NCBI GenBank assembly: GCA_030390025.1
Contig: CM059435.1
Location: forward strand, 70,184,001-70,248,000
DNA: 64,000 nucleotides
Direction: 5' to 3'
Source: Squalus acanthias
Taxonomy: Eukaryota
Shown here: one piece after another, positions 25,366-38,716 of the stretch
Numbering within the stretch: position 1 is the first letter of the stretch
Layout: the number at the start of each line of letters is the position of its first letter
The notes under the pieces: generated by a model
What the model saw: only the letters and a program-made list of their open reading frames with translations
Database searches by the model: none
What the model was told of the DNA's origin: nothing
Translations under genes and position numbers: made by a program

Positions 25366-25750
25366 CAACAATAACAACAACCTGCATTTATATAGCGCAT
25401 TTAACATAGTAAAACGTCCCAAGGAACTTCACAGGAAAGTTTTCAGACAAAATTTGACACCAAGCCACATAAGAAGCTATTAGGACAAGTGACCAGAAGA
25501 TTGGTCAAAGAGGTAGGTTTTAAGGAGCATCTTAAAGGAGGAGAGAGGGGTAGAGAGGCGGCGTGGTCTAGGGAGGGAATTCCAGAGCTGAAGGCACAGC
25601 CACCAATGGTGGGGCGAAGGAAATCTGCAACGCACAAAAGGCCAGAATTGGAGAAATGCATCGTTCTCAGAAGATTGGAGCGCTGGACGAGGTTACAGAG
25701 ATAGGGAGGGGCGAGGCCATGGAGGGATATGAAGAAAAGGATGAGAATTT
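25366..25750 (-). mobile_element. L2 LINE 3' end fragment
   Basis: SNSGLL...TIGGCAFS, with the same tail as 12116-12460. Confidence 0.8.
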
Positions 25751-25769
25751 TATATGCTATAGTCCTGAA

Positions 25770-26130
25770 TCATACACACCAAGAAATCTCAAGTTTGATC
25801 TTTGGTCTGTGCTGAGCTACCTGATCTCAGCTGGGACAGTAATGGGGGCACTACAATTGGTCTCAATATCACCAAGGTAGGGGGAAAACAGTCAGTCAGG
25901 GTTCACCTTCCAGTGGTTCATGCTGTTTGGATCCATGTGCATGAGATGAGGGTTGGATTGGGCTCAGCTGTGACACTCTCATAATCGAATAGTCTATGAA
26001 TATTCACTGTCCAGCTTCACGTAATGAGAATAGCCACTCGAGCGAGACACCAGAGGGTCTCTGGCATTGGTAGATCCGTATCCCAGTGTGTGTTAGCATC
26101 TTCAGACAAGGAGGAGAGAAAAGTGGAAAA
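25770..26130 (+). repeat. Old SINE-like dispersed repeat; other copies near 27015-27340 (-), 37810-38130 (-), 51610-51900 (+), 62345-62425 (+)
   Basis: Shared motifs gctgag(c/t)ta.ctgatctcagc, ctacaattgg, cagggtt..c.ctcctgat and gaggacaggat recur across the copies. Family name not assigned. Confidence 0.6.
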
Positions 26131-26580
26131 GGAAAATTCATATTAGTGAATGACAGCTTATTGAAAGTATTTGACAGAACAACATTGTGAGGGGACTGTA
26201 AAGTCCACAGTGAAAGCATAACCTCCAGCCTGGAGAGAGGAGCGGGGGGTGGGTGGCGATTCTCCTAAGTTCACAGGATGTCCTCCTGACAATATCGCAG
26301 TTGGAGTATGTGACGTATGGTCCTTATCAGGAACTGGGAAAGCAGCAAGCAGCCTGGAACCCTTTCTTGGACCTTTACAGAATACCCTCCCTCACTGAGC
26401 CCCACAACATACAACAGCTGTAGCAGTAAGCTGATAAAAGAAAAAAAGTTGAGATCACACTACCATTATCTGAAATAGACACCACAAAAATCATGATCCA
26501 ACTCAGTGATACCCCAGAAAAGACAGGAGCGAGGCCCACAGCACTTTTGCTTCATAAGCACCTCAACGAGCCACCCTTAA

Positions 26581-26686
26581 TAAAAGAAAGACTCGCATTT
26601 ATATAGTGCCTTTCATGACCACCGGACGTCTCAAAGCGCTTTACAGCCAATGAAGTACTTCTGGAGTGTAGTCGCTGTTGTAATGT
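26581..26686 (-). mobile_element. SINE 3' tail fragment
   Basis: Matches 14577-14672. Confidence 0.75.
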
Positions 26687-28583
26687 AATTTTAAAGTATA
26701 AAATCAAAATGTACAATTATGTCACCAGACTTGCTCTGTTAATGTATGCTTCTATTCTTTAAACTGAACAATTTGTGAACCAGTGTACAAAAACCTTCCA
26801 GGGGTGGGTGGGGGGTGTAGAAGGAGATATGCAGGTCACCCCTCCACACTGACTAGCATTGTTTCTCATGAATTTACACTAAGTAAGTTATGGAGGAGTT
26901 TAACACAATCATTAGTTATGTGTAGCCCTTGGTAAAGTTACTTGTTGTGCAGAATGAGAGCTACTATTGCCACCTTTCCCATTTTTCTTTCTCTTCATTG
27001 AATATTCCTTTGTTACTCTCTTCTCCCCTCCCGAACACGTTTAGTTCCTCACTGACTTAAGGCTCCACAGACAGCAGTCACTCTCTGGATCCTCAGCAAA
27101 GTGGACATTCTTCATGTGTGAGCCTTGGCAGAGAGTGTCAATGAGCTGTTCACCACATAGGACAATGCAGCTGAGCTTGACCCTGTCTTCACATGATGGA
27201 CACACCACAATTTCCAGGAGGAGTCATTGTACAGTGATCAGTGACAGAAACCCTGGGCATTTTACTTACCGTGGGGGAGTGGGGCTGCGATTAATTGGCT
27301 GCCATCAGTTAACTCAGCACAGACAGTGGAGCCAATCTTGGACCTTCTCTGAAAAGTCTGCAGTCATGTCTCACTGATTGTGTGATGTCCCCCTTCCTAC
27401 TGGTAATGGTCTGAGTTGGACCTATTCTGACTTAATATTGTCCTTTCCCAATGTTTTAATTGTTTTGTTCATTTTGTATTCATTTTTTTTAAATCCCACT
27501 TTGTTTTAATTTGTTTTTCTCCTATTGGTTTAAATGAGTAGCTACCACAAATGCACTCCCCATACACACAAGCTGCCAGACAAAGGTTCCTGGGCCCAGA
27601 ATAGGTTACATTTGATTGGAAGGAACAGTGGGAGGGTCATGGGGATCCTTCTCTCCCTATTCAAGCTCCATTCACTCAGGCACGAGAGAGGCGTGAAACC
27701 ATCGCACAGGAGACTCGCCCTTTATTCTCTGTTGCTTGTGCACAATTATATTTATACATATCTCTCTCTCTCAACGATCTGCGTCTCTCACACCAGATGG
27801 ATGGAAGTATATGAAACCTGATGGAGTGAAGATACTGATCAAACACAGCTGTAAGTTAAGTTCAATTTTTGTTTTGTAAATGGAGCTGTATTTAAGAATA
27901 GCATGAAGGGGATAAAGTCAAAAACCAGGCTAAGAACAGAGCTTGTAGATTTGTTTTTAAATCAGCATAGAAGGAGCTGTTTGGCCCTTTAATGTATGTG
28001 CTAGTTCCACATTAGAGCTGTACACTTAAATCCCATTTCCCTGTGCCCAATATTATTCTTGAAGTGTTTATTTAATTTTCTCATGTTGATTGAATTGGCT
28101 TTAATAGCTGTTGATGGCATTGCATGCCATATTCTAAAACTTTGAAGGTTCTTCCAATCTTTCTCCTTCAAGGGAAGCGCCCACTGGTTTAAAGTGTATA
28201 GACCACAAATGACCTCCCCAAAGCACAAGGTCCCAAATAAAAGGGTTTTCTGGAGCCTCTGAACTAAGAGTAGGGACAATTACATCTGGGTAATTTGAGG
28301 TCAGGCTGTTCTCTATATAAGGCAAAGCGATGATCCAGAGACTTCAGAAACTGTACCACATGTCGGCTGGGCCTTTCAACAAGACCCAAGTTGTAGCAGA
28401 GCCCAATGGAGCCATTTTAAGACATTGGGCAGGATTTTCCGGGGGGTCAGCGGGCGCGATCGGTGGCGGGTTGGGTGGGAAAGTGTTTTTTTTTCCCCAG
28501 CGGGTCGGGACGCCACTGTGAACCCGCCGCCACGCGCCTTTCCCCGATGTCGGGTCTGTGAGCGCTGAGCAGACCCGGCACAC

Positions 28584-29912
28584 AGCATAGGAGGCATAGA
28601 ATATAAGAGCAGGGAGGTGTAGCACTTTCTCTTACTACTGTTCGGACCTCAAGAATTCCAAATTAGCTTAACAATGACAGACAAGGATGTGATCAATAAA
28701 ATTGGTCTTTTAATCAGGCTATAGTTCAAAATTCAAGTGTACATAGAAGCACCTTTGGCAATAAATTCAAAGAACTCCCGGCAATAAATATGCCTGCAGC
28801 TTATCAATTTAAAGTATATAAAAGTGCCCCTTTAATGATTCAAATGTACATAAAAGTACCCCCTTTAACTTTATCTAAGCCCATGTCCAATTCTCATACA
28901 TACTCCTTCATTTCTGGGTGATCGGTCAAAGGAAACTGTAAGTCGAAACATGAACTGGCCAGCTTTCTCAATCTTCCTCCTGCTTTATCTTTTGTGTTCT
29001 CCTTCTTATCTCTGAAAACTCCCGCCACTGGGTTATAAGGCCTCGTTGATTGTAAATTACTCTCTGCCTCCCTTGGATAGGTCAGTTCCACTCCAAACCT
29101 TCCCTGATTGGAGTTCCATCCACATGACACATTCCTGTTCCTGTGAGATGTATCTTCTCCCCTTCTTGTCCAGGTGGCCTCTACTGACCACCATTTTGTG
29201 TCTTCACAAACAAAGAACACCTGCTGATTTCTTACATTTTGAATCCGTCCGTTATCATCTTACAATTCGTTCGCAATTTCGATCTCCACACGGTAGCAGC
29301 GGTTTTATTACAGTTTTTAGAATCTTACAGAGGTTATGATGGAGCTGTACAAAACGCTAGTTAGGCCACAGCTGGAATACTGTGTGCGGTTCTGGTCGGC
29401 ACACTATAGGAAGGATGTGATTGCATTGGAGAGGGTGCAGAGAAAGCTTCACCAGGATGTTACCTGGGCTGGAGCGCTTCAGCTATGAAGAGAGACTGGA
29501 CAGGCTGGGGTTGTTTTCCTTAGAGCAGCGATGGCTGAGGGGGGACCTGATTGAGGTGTACAAAATTATGAGGGGCATAGATAGAAAGGAACTTTTCCCC
29601 TTAGTAGAGGGGTCAATAACCAGGGGGCATAGTTTCAAGGTAAGGGGCAGGAGGTTTAGAGGGGATTTTAGGAAAAACTTTTTCACCCAGAGGGTGGTTG
29701 GAATCTGGAACTCACTGCCTGAAAGAATGGTAGAGGCAGGAACCCTCACAACATTCAAGAAGCATTTAGATGAGCACTTGAAACGCCACAGCATACAAGG
29801 CTACAGACCAAGTGCTGGAAAATGGGATTAGAATAGACAGGGCTTGATGGCCGGCGCAGACACGATGGGCCGAAGGGCCTCTTGCTGTGCTGTATAACTC
29901 TATGGCTTTATG
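28584..29912 (+). mobile_element. CR1 3' fragment inserted in the Harbinger element
   Basis: IEYKSRE|VMMELYKTLVRP...WNSLP plus tail; absent from the sister copy at about 57425. Confidence 0.92.
28618..29329. mobile_element. Solo LTR (712 bp)
   Basis: TGTA...TACA ends and 4-bp TSD GAGG; it interrupts CR1 coding sequence precisely. Confidence 0.85.
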
Positions 29913-32585
29913 ACAGCAGCGGGGGACCAAATTCAGGTAATTCGTGGCTTGTTTAGAACCACTTAAGAATGAATTTTAGCTTACCTTCTGCATTTGACTG
30001 CTCGCCCACGGGGTCCACGCTGGTCGTGTACCACGTCTGTCAAGCTGAGGTGGGAGTTCAGTGGCCATTGAATCAGCTGTTGAGTTGATAGCTTCAAATG
30101 TACAGTAAAAGCTCCCACCTTACAGAGATATCTTCCCTCAGCCACAAAATCTTCCTCACTGCATTTCCACAGCAGATTCACCATGCTGCAAGTCTTTACA
30201 CCAGTCTCCATCCAGTCTGACCTCATTACCTCTCTCACCATTGGCAGATCGCTTCTGTCATCTCTACTTCACCTGCCATCTATTCCATCAGCATGGGTGC
30301 CCTTTATACTCTCTCACCTTGGTCCTCAGAATCCCACCACGATCAGCCCCAACACCAGCAGCACCAACAACAACACCATCAACCTTCTCTGCAATCACCT
30401 GATGCTGCACCCGAGCACATTGCTGCCTGGGAGGCCAGGGATAGCCTCACCATAGCCAGATTTACTTTACTTCTTGATACTGTACACCCTGGCTGCCACA
30501 TGATGTGCCAGGTTGGCACCACCCCACACCAACACCACAAAGCACCCCTACAATGCCCAAGACATCCCTTTCACACTCATCACCATTGCAGGGTGTATCG
30601 TTATGTCTCACCATTCACTGCAACTCACTAAGCCACTTCCAAAGGGGCACACAAATCTGTCCAAGAAGGCAAAGTGTTGAAAATAAAGGTTTCAATGTTT
30701 GACAGCACATTAACAGAAACTTTACATGAACATTGCATAAAAGACCTAAGTGCCTACCCTTGTGTGTTGTTAGTTGGTATGGTTGGACTAGGATGAGGGT
30801 GAGTGTGAGGGGTGGCTTGTGAGATGGGGAAGTGATAATGTAGATAGAGAGGGATGGGTGGAGGTGCAAGGTAAGTTGGTGTGAGTAAGGATGTGCAGGA
30901 GTAGGGTAGGGAAGGCAGAGTGATGGGGATGTGATGAGAGGAACAGCAGGATGAGGTTGAGTGTGGCTTTGTACTAACATTTCCTGATCTACTGAGATCA
31001 TTGAAAGGTTTGTGGCACTGTACCCAGGTCCTCCTGATGACATCCCTGCTTGTGCCCTCCTCTGCAATGTGCAACCAGGTTGTGTTGGTCTCCTGGGGAG
31101 GTCTCTTCCGCCCATGGGAAGGGGACCTCCCTGCGTGCTGTGACTCCCTCCATAAGTATATGGAGGGAGTCATGGGAGAGCCTGGGTGCAGCCGTCCACC
31201 TCTGTGCAGTGCTTGTCAGTGTTTGCAGCACCTCAATGCTGTAGAACATGGACATCAGAAATGTCAAAATAAAGTTGGCCATGGTCCCTTTAAGGAAACT
31301 GGCTGATGACGTGTCATCAAATGACGTGTCATCAAATTACATCACCAGGCCCGCTTCCTCTAATTGGCCAGGAAACGCGCTGGGCGGGCTTAACAAGCCC
31401 AATCAGGGGAAATTCATTTCAGAGGCCGGGATGGAGACAGCAGCGGGGTCGGAACCCACCACCGACATTGCCCACCATGGACCCACCAAGGTCCGCAAAA
31501 TCGCGGCCATTGGTTCCAGACTAAACAGACCTGGAACCAATGTCTTAAAATGAGTGCAGGTTTGGAAATCTGCCTGGTTTTTTAAAAAATGTTGGGAATT
31601 CTATTATCCTATCACCTGGTTTTTGGTGTGAAACTCACCAGCATCTAACAAATTAACCCCTAACAAGTGCAAGAGGGTTAGCAAGCCAGATGTAGCAAGA
31701 AGTGTACACCTTGTGTAACAATGGTGATCTTTGCTATTTAATCTACCTACAGCTTTTTGGTGCAAGCAGGCTGGTGCTGATTGAAACAACTTAATGGTTG
31801 GTGTGGCTAGATGCTACATAATGCATACTATATTCATTCTTGGATACCGCAGGTCTCTATTGTACTCTTGTTATGATTTGCTTGGCTATTGTCTGCTGAC
31901 CACAATATAGTAGAAATCCTTTGGTGTGCTACTTTTCAGAATTGGTTATAAGTTTGTGTAAGATTCCTATTTGCGGCTTTAATGTGTTTAAAATAAGTCA
32001 CTTAATGACCATTTAAAACGATGGAGGTATTTCCCCTTAATGTGCAGCTGATTTACTAGCACAGAAGACTTTCCACTCCATGAGTGATTGAATATTGTGT
32101 AGCTTAAGCCAGTATATTTCAGTATTGAGTCCATAACCATAAGATGATCAAATACAGCCATTGTGTCGTATTACTGTACCTCCTTTTGTCTGTCTTGCTT
32201 ATGCAAAGATTGAGCTGTTTGGCCTGGAACAAAAACCTTTTAAAAATGGTTTTACAACTTTGTAAAACATTGCAAGGGGACATCCTTGGATTGTATGTAT
32301 GCACAATTTGAATGAGAGCTGTTATGGCTTTTGATGTAAGGTAGCTCAAAAAAGCACCTGTATTATAAGTCATTTTGGCCTAAAATAACTGATCCTTCTT
32401 GAAACTTCACTGACTTTTTGCCAACAAACCATGAAAGTAAAAAATAAATGTAATGACTTGACCTTCCCAAAGACAAGAAGCAAGCAGATTTCACTTTTTT
32501 CCTCCCTTGCTTATTTTGCCCTTTTTGCAGATCATGCAATTGTTTTATATGAATGATTTGGAGGTGTGAAACAAATTGTGTTCTG

Positions 32586-32720
32586 GAGAGGTTCCGACGA
32601 AGGGTTTCGACCTGAAACGTTAACTCTCTTTCTCTCTCCACGGATGTTGCCTGGCCTGCTGAGTTTTTCCAGCGTTTTCTGTTGTTATTTCGGATTTCCA
32701 GCATCCGCAGTATTTTGCTA
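32586..32720 (+). mobile_element. Short Penelope pLTR fragment beginning at the hammerhead core
   Basis: gttCCGACGAagggtttcgacctGAAACgttaactctc, then cggatgttgcctggcctgctgag as in the other copies. Confidence 0.75.
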
Positions 32721-34377
32721 TCGTGTTCTGGAGAAGCCTGTTGTAAAGACTCGGGAAGGCTATAAAGCTGATTTATAAATTAATTGTATTATAAACTTCT
32801 TTAAGTCTGTGTTGCATACTCTTAGCCTTTCTTAACCAACTTCACTGTCATATAACCTACATAAAGCTACAAGAGCATGTGTTTGACTCCTCTCTCATAG
32901 TCCTCAATCTATTGACGTTCTTGGTGTTGCTAAATCCTCTGATCTTGCATGGAACCTACACCGCTAAAGCTGCTCAACTTTCACTGTCTACTTTACCCAT
33001 ACTACTACAGTCAAGACGATGATTTTTGTCTGGCTTGGATTCTATTTAATAACTAACCATGATGTTTGATCTCCCTTGTTTGGAATGGGAGAGTACCAAG
33101 AGTTGGAGGGTTAGAGTCGGGAGTTGTGTAGCATAGAGCAGGAGCCAGGACTGGCGTCAGTTATCTCTATCTTATTGTTCGTTGCCTAATCTGGAGGAGT
33201 TCCGCTGGCCACTTGCTCCAACCAGTTGTAGGCTTGCAGTTGTTGTTGGACATGAGAACCAGAGCAGAGGGACCAGCGGTCATTCAGTCCTACTTGGATT
33301 TGACTATTGAGGGAGGCAGAATTCCCAATGTTCAGCTCCAAATATCCTGCGGTTTGCAGTATGTTTTGTTAAGACAAATCGCCAGCCTTAATGTGAACAT
33401 TGCTCCTTTGAGCTTTGGTCTCTCATTTCTTTTAAGCTGCAATATGTTATCTGATTCAAGTATCAGCCACTGATTTCTTATAATCCGCTGCTTCCTTTGT
33501 ACACTATCTCCTCCTCATTCTTTCCTGCGACATCAAAACTATGGAACTCGAGTCTTTCCTCCTTCCTATACTCTACAGGCTTTTAACACCCAAGCTTACT
33601 GTCCCCTAATCATGACTTTGTAATTTATTTTGTCTTTTCTCCTATTCTTTTTGAACATTGCTTGTGTTCCACACTATCGGCCTCAGACTTTCACTAAGAT
33701 ATACTCTTATTGCTATCCTGAGCAGGACAAATCAGGGGAATTTACTGATAATAAAGTGCAACTCGTTTTAAAAATGAAAACTATTGTATTCTTGCTGACA
33801 TATGAAAACTGTTATTGAAATACTGTCACATTAACTGGGTTCAATAGTAAGATCTTAAGCCTTTCCCACAAATTCCAATTTAAGTCCTGATGAATGACAC
33901 AAATGGGGTATAATTTAAAGCAAATTGGAACCATGCAGATTTTATGTTTTCTTCAAGCATCTGGTATCACTTATTCAATCATCATTTTGTTAATGTGAAA
34001 TTTTGCATCTGCAATGTATGAAATGTTTAATCCTACTGCAAATAGTCAAACTAGACCCAGTCAATAGAATAGGATAATGCTCAAGTATCCATTAACTATT
34101 TAAAATAGTCAAGCGACAGTGAATAATGATTGTTAAGTTTGGGTAAAATTTTAATTTAATGCGTGGTAATTTTGGTGAGAACTTTTAGTGGCCCATTAAC
34201 TCATTATTTTTTCTCGGGGGGATTTCTATTTGCAGGGGGCTGAGTAGTAACTGTCAAACTCGGGCCATGCATTTGCAATTTGACTCTTTTCTGGAAACAT
34301 ATACCCAAAGAGGATTAGTGGGGGAGTGAATTGTGAGGAACGTAGGCCTAGAGGAGCACTGACTTAAAAAAAAATTA

Positions 34378-35020
34378 ACTCTCGGGATATGGACGTCGCT
34401 AGCACGCTCGACATTTATTGCTTATCTGTAGTTGCCCATGAGAAGCTGGTGGTGGTGCTGGTGGTGGGCCTTCATCTTGAGTCACTTTACTCTATGTGGT
34501 GAAGGTGCTGCCACCGTTGGGTAGAATTTTGACCCAGCGACGATGAAGGAAGAGGGATATGTGTCCAAGTCGGGATGGTGTGTGATTTGGAGGAGAACTT
34601 GGAGCTGGTGTTGTTCTCATGCACCTGCTGACGTGATGCCTGGTATGTGGTAATCAGCAGGAGGTTTCCTTGGCCATATTTAGAAACATGGAAATATAGC
34701 AGCAGGATTAGGCCATTCGGCCCTTCGAGCCTGCTCCGCCATTCAATATGATCATGGCTGATCCTCTATCTCAATACCATATTCCATCTCTCTCCCCATA
34801 CCCCTTGATGCCCTTTGTGTCGAGAAATCTATCTATCTCCTCAAATATATATATTTGACCTGAAGCCACGAGGTATCATTTTTTAAATTCTTATTACTAG
34901 ACCACTTCAGAGACTAGTTAAGAGTTAGTCACATTGGTGTGGGACTGGAGCCATGTATGGGCCAGGCTGCTGATTTTCTTCCCTAAAGGACAATAGTGGG
35001 TGTTTGCAACAACCCAACAG
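34378..35020 (-). mobile_element. Fragments of the LINE family at 46510, plus a CR1 tail at about 34682-34845
   Basis: 34385-34630 aligns to 46520-46720; the CR1 tail motif ggccattcggcccttcgagcc is present. Confidence 0.7.
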
Positions 35021-35031
35021 CTCTATGGTCA

Positions 35032-35344
35032 GCACGGTGGCATAGTGGTTAGCACTGTTGCCTCACAGCGCCAGGGACCTGGGTTCGAATCCGGCCTCGG
35101 GTGACTGTCTGTGTGGAGTTTGCACATTCTCCCCGTGTCTGCGTGGGTTTCCTCCGGGTGCTCTGGTTTCCTCCCACAGTCCAAAGATGTGCGGGTTAGG
35201 TTGATTTGGCTAATATAAATTGACCCTTAGTGTTAGGGGGATTAAATACGTGGGGTTACGGGGATAGGGTGCGATATGTGTCGGTGCAGGCTCGATGGGC
35301 CGAAATGGCCTCTATCTGCACTGTGGGGATTCTGTGATTCTGTG
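35032..35344 (+). mobile_element. HE1-type V-SINE
   Basis: A/B boxes (TGGCATAGTGG, GGTTCGAATCC), V-domain ctgtgtggagtttgcacattctccccgtgtctgcgtgggtttcctccgggtgctc, CR1-type tail (gattctgt)n, and flanking ATGGTCA duplication. Confidence 0.92.
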
Positions 35345-35416
35345 ATGGTCATGTGACCCTATGGTCCGATGACGACTGTGGCCTCCGTTCACGTATCCAT
35401 TTTGTATGGACACTGA

Positions 35417-36163
35417 GGGCTGGATTTTGTCTTGGGGTCGGGTTGGGGTCGTGTTAGCCACATTTCGTGTTTCCCCCCCGACTCCAGATTAATGTGGATG
35501 AATGATGCAATTTTCACTTAATTGGGTAATTGAGTTCCAGCATGTGGGAGCCCATGAACCAATTAGTGGTTTCAGTCTGAAAGTCGCCTCTGATGATGTC
35601 ATCATTGCAGGTCAGAGACTGCCTGCCAGGTCTCAGAGACTGCCTGGATTTTGGTGTGAGTGGACCTGGATGCAAAATGAGCAGCAGCAGAGAGAGAGAG
35701 AATTTTTTTTCCATCCAGGGCCTCTCACAGCAAGGCCAGGCAGTCTCTGAAGACAATGCAGCAGCATCAGAGGCGACTTTCAGACCTAATACTACTACCT
35801 TCATCACAATACTACTACCTTCATCACATCTCCGTTGTAATAGTGGACCTGCAGCTGATAGTCAGCTATCCACTTGTGCTCCCGCCAGGTTTTACTGGAG
35901 TGTTTCACATCAGGCGAACTTCACGTCGGAAAAGGGTCAAACTAGCTAAAACATTTCAAAATAGCATTACAGAGCCAATTTAGGCCTTGTTAAGGGCTTT
36001 AATGGCCTCTCCCGCCTCTTGGAGGCGGGACGGAGTCGGGAACTCCACGACCGATTTTGTCAAATTGCGTGAAGGCGGGATGGAGTCGGGATCTCCGACC
36101 CTGCAACTTTAACCCCCCACACGCCTCCAAACCCGACTCCACAGGTCATTGAAAATCCAGCCC
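35417..36163 (+). mobile_element. Harbinger-type MITE
   Basis: Perfect 12-bp TIR GGGCTGGATTTT, TSD TGA; inverted sister copy at 61622-62340. Confidence 0.92.
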
Positions 36164-38279
36164 TGAGTATCTGGAGCACTGTTCAGATACTCCAGGCTTA
36201 ATGCGAAACAGCACTCATTTAAATATTTTGAGTAAAATCAGCCGTGCACACAAACGAGCAAGCTCTGATGCCACAAGCACTTCTAGTGCGCATTTATCAC
36301 TTACCGTGTGCATCAAGTGTTCTGTCGACCTCAGTGCCCCATGATTAGCACTCAGATGTGCAACAGTGCTACACGTTGTTGAAGATCATATTCTCAGATC
36401 GCATTATCAGCCCCAATGTCCTCAAACTGACCTCAGGAAGTGCCCATGAGGAACAAGCTTGTAATTGAGCTAAGGAATGTCACTATTTACAGCAATTTTA
36501 CCACGTGGCTTTAAAGGGACTTCACTCTACCTTAGCAGCAGCAATAATAGTGTGTATTAACTGGTACACAGCTCCTGTCCTTATAAAACAGTGCATCTTC
36601 TGACTTACCGAGAGCCACGTCATAGGAGATCTGTTTTAAAAAGAATTGTCCAAATACTATAACTGGGTTTAATGTAACACTTAAATACTTGATTGGTACT
36701 TAAAACAAAATTACTGTGACAAATTTAACATGAAATTGGAAAATAATTTAATTAAAAAAAATTGAGTGCTGCTAAACGAAATCAATGTGGAAAATGGCTT
36801 AAAACGCAGCAACTTATAAAAAATGACAAGCTGAATGATGAGAATGCATTCTATAATTAATCACATGTTGATTCAATCCACTCTCATATTCTGCAGAGAA
36901 CAATCAACATATGGTTTTGGACAAGTTGAACTATTTCCCATCCAAAATGTGCCGTGTTCAAACTACATTTTCTTGGCTATGTCAGATGTAGAAATTTAGG
37001 TCATAGGCTGAAGCCACCATCTATGTCAAGAAAGTTACACTCCAACCTGTACATTTTACCTCGGCTTAGGGCTTTTTTATGCTGTGACTTAATCAATCAA
37101 AATGGTGAGGTGTGACTGTTTTTTCTTCACTTTTTTTTTCCCGACCCAGTGCTAGCATCAGGTTGAGACTGAAGTAGGACAAAGTTACCGTCTCACTGCC
37201 TTCATGCCAAGTTCAGCATCTCATCCTTCACTTACATCATGCAGCCATGTGATCTTTGAGTCGTGCCAATCAGGGGAGTTTAGAACTTCTGTCCAAAGGG
37301 AACAGGGTTGATGCTATTTTAACAAACCTTAATGGCTGTCGGAAAGGAAACATTTAGCCAGGACCACATTCATTGATATCAGAAATGAAAGGTCAGGGTT
37401 CTAACCCCCTAGTTCCTCTCTCTACCCAAGTATGTTCTGTACAACACCGAGTAGTTTTTCAATGTTAAAAATTAGAGTATGATCCATTCAGAATAAATTT
37501 ACTCTTAATTCGAAGTTGCTCAATTTGGATTATCTGCTTATTTTGATTTGTTTCCCACAGCAGTAATCCCTCCTGTGCCATTTATTCAACTTATTGAAAT
37601 AAATCTACTGGATATATTTAATTAGTAGACGGTATATACGGGATATTTTATGTGCTGAAATTAACTTATGTCAGAAAATGCTCCATTATTGTCCAATATT
37701 TTTGTAATTGAATAAGAAAATGATTTTCATAACAAAATAAGTTTTCATGTATTTAATCAAATCCATCTTGAGGTAGTGCAGGACTTTAAAATGTGAAGAT
37801 GTGCCTCGTCACGCCCTCTCTTCTCCCAAAGGATACAGTTCCATGGGTGGGAGGCAGGTCCCTGGTACCTTGGCCAAATGGCCTCTCAACACGTGTAGGA
37901 CTAGGCAGTGAGCATGAGCAGGCTATTTGTTCATGAAGGACATTACAGTTAAGTCTTCTTGAGCTGATCATCTATCGAAATGCATACTTTCCCTTAGTCG
38001 TCAGTAGATTGTGAACTGGAGCGAGAACCTTGTCTTGTTTTCCCCTTCCCTGCTCAAGGATATTGAGTCCAATTGTAATTTACCCATTGCTGTGTTCCTC
38101 AAAGGGATGAGCTCAGTCAAGGTCTTAAATGAATATGACATTTAGGGAGTGAGCTCATTGACTCTTGTCTCCACCTGTACTGAGTTTTGTTGTGGGATTG
38201 TAATTATTCTCGGGGGTGGGATCAGGAAATTTAAGGAGCGATTCCATGATCCAGCGCTCCTAGCGAAGGCAGCTCTTGC

Positions 38280-38716
38280 AAGAAAGAAAGAACTTGCATT
38301 TCTATAGTGCCTTTCACAATCTCCCTTAATTCCCAAGTGCTTTTCAACCAATGTATTACTTTTGAGGTGTAGTCAATGTAATGTAGGCAAATGTAGCAGC
38401 CACTTTGAACACAGCAAGATCCCACAAATAACAATGAAATAAATGACCAGATAATCTATTTTTGGTTGAAAGATAATTGTTGGATAGGACAGTGAGAGAA
38501 TTAACCTGCTATTCTTCGAATACTGCCATGGAATCTGTCATACAGGGCCTCGATTTAATGTCTAATCCGAAAGACAAAATCTCTAACAATATAATGCTCC
38601 CTCAGTACTGCACTGAATTGTCAGACTAGATTATGTGGTCAAGTTCTGGATTGATGCTTGACACCACGAGCTTCTGACTCCGAGGCAAGAAAGCTATCAC
38701 GAAGCCAAACTGACAC
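38280..38716 (-). mobile_element. Diverged tRNA/L2-tail SINE
   Basis: Colinear with 14577-15023. Confidence 0.75.

Larger units (their letters stand above)
28427..31508 (-). mobile_element. Non-autonomous PIF/Harbinger element carrying only a decayed, spliced Myb/SANT gene (copy 1), with nested CR1 and solo LTR
   Basis: TIRs GGGCAGGATTTT / AAAATCGCGGCC, 3-bp TSD ATT. Minus-strand APRLSHDSLHILMEGV...RRTWVQCHKPFNDL at about 30979-31200. Colinear with 57327-58949. Confidence 0.85.

Noticed and set aside
35353-36540. Sequence flanking the MITE, with hairpin gagtatctg...cagatactc
   Set aside because: May be an older DNA transposon, but no termini or TSD could be defined.
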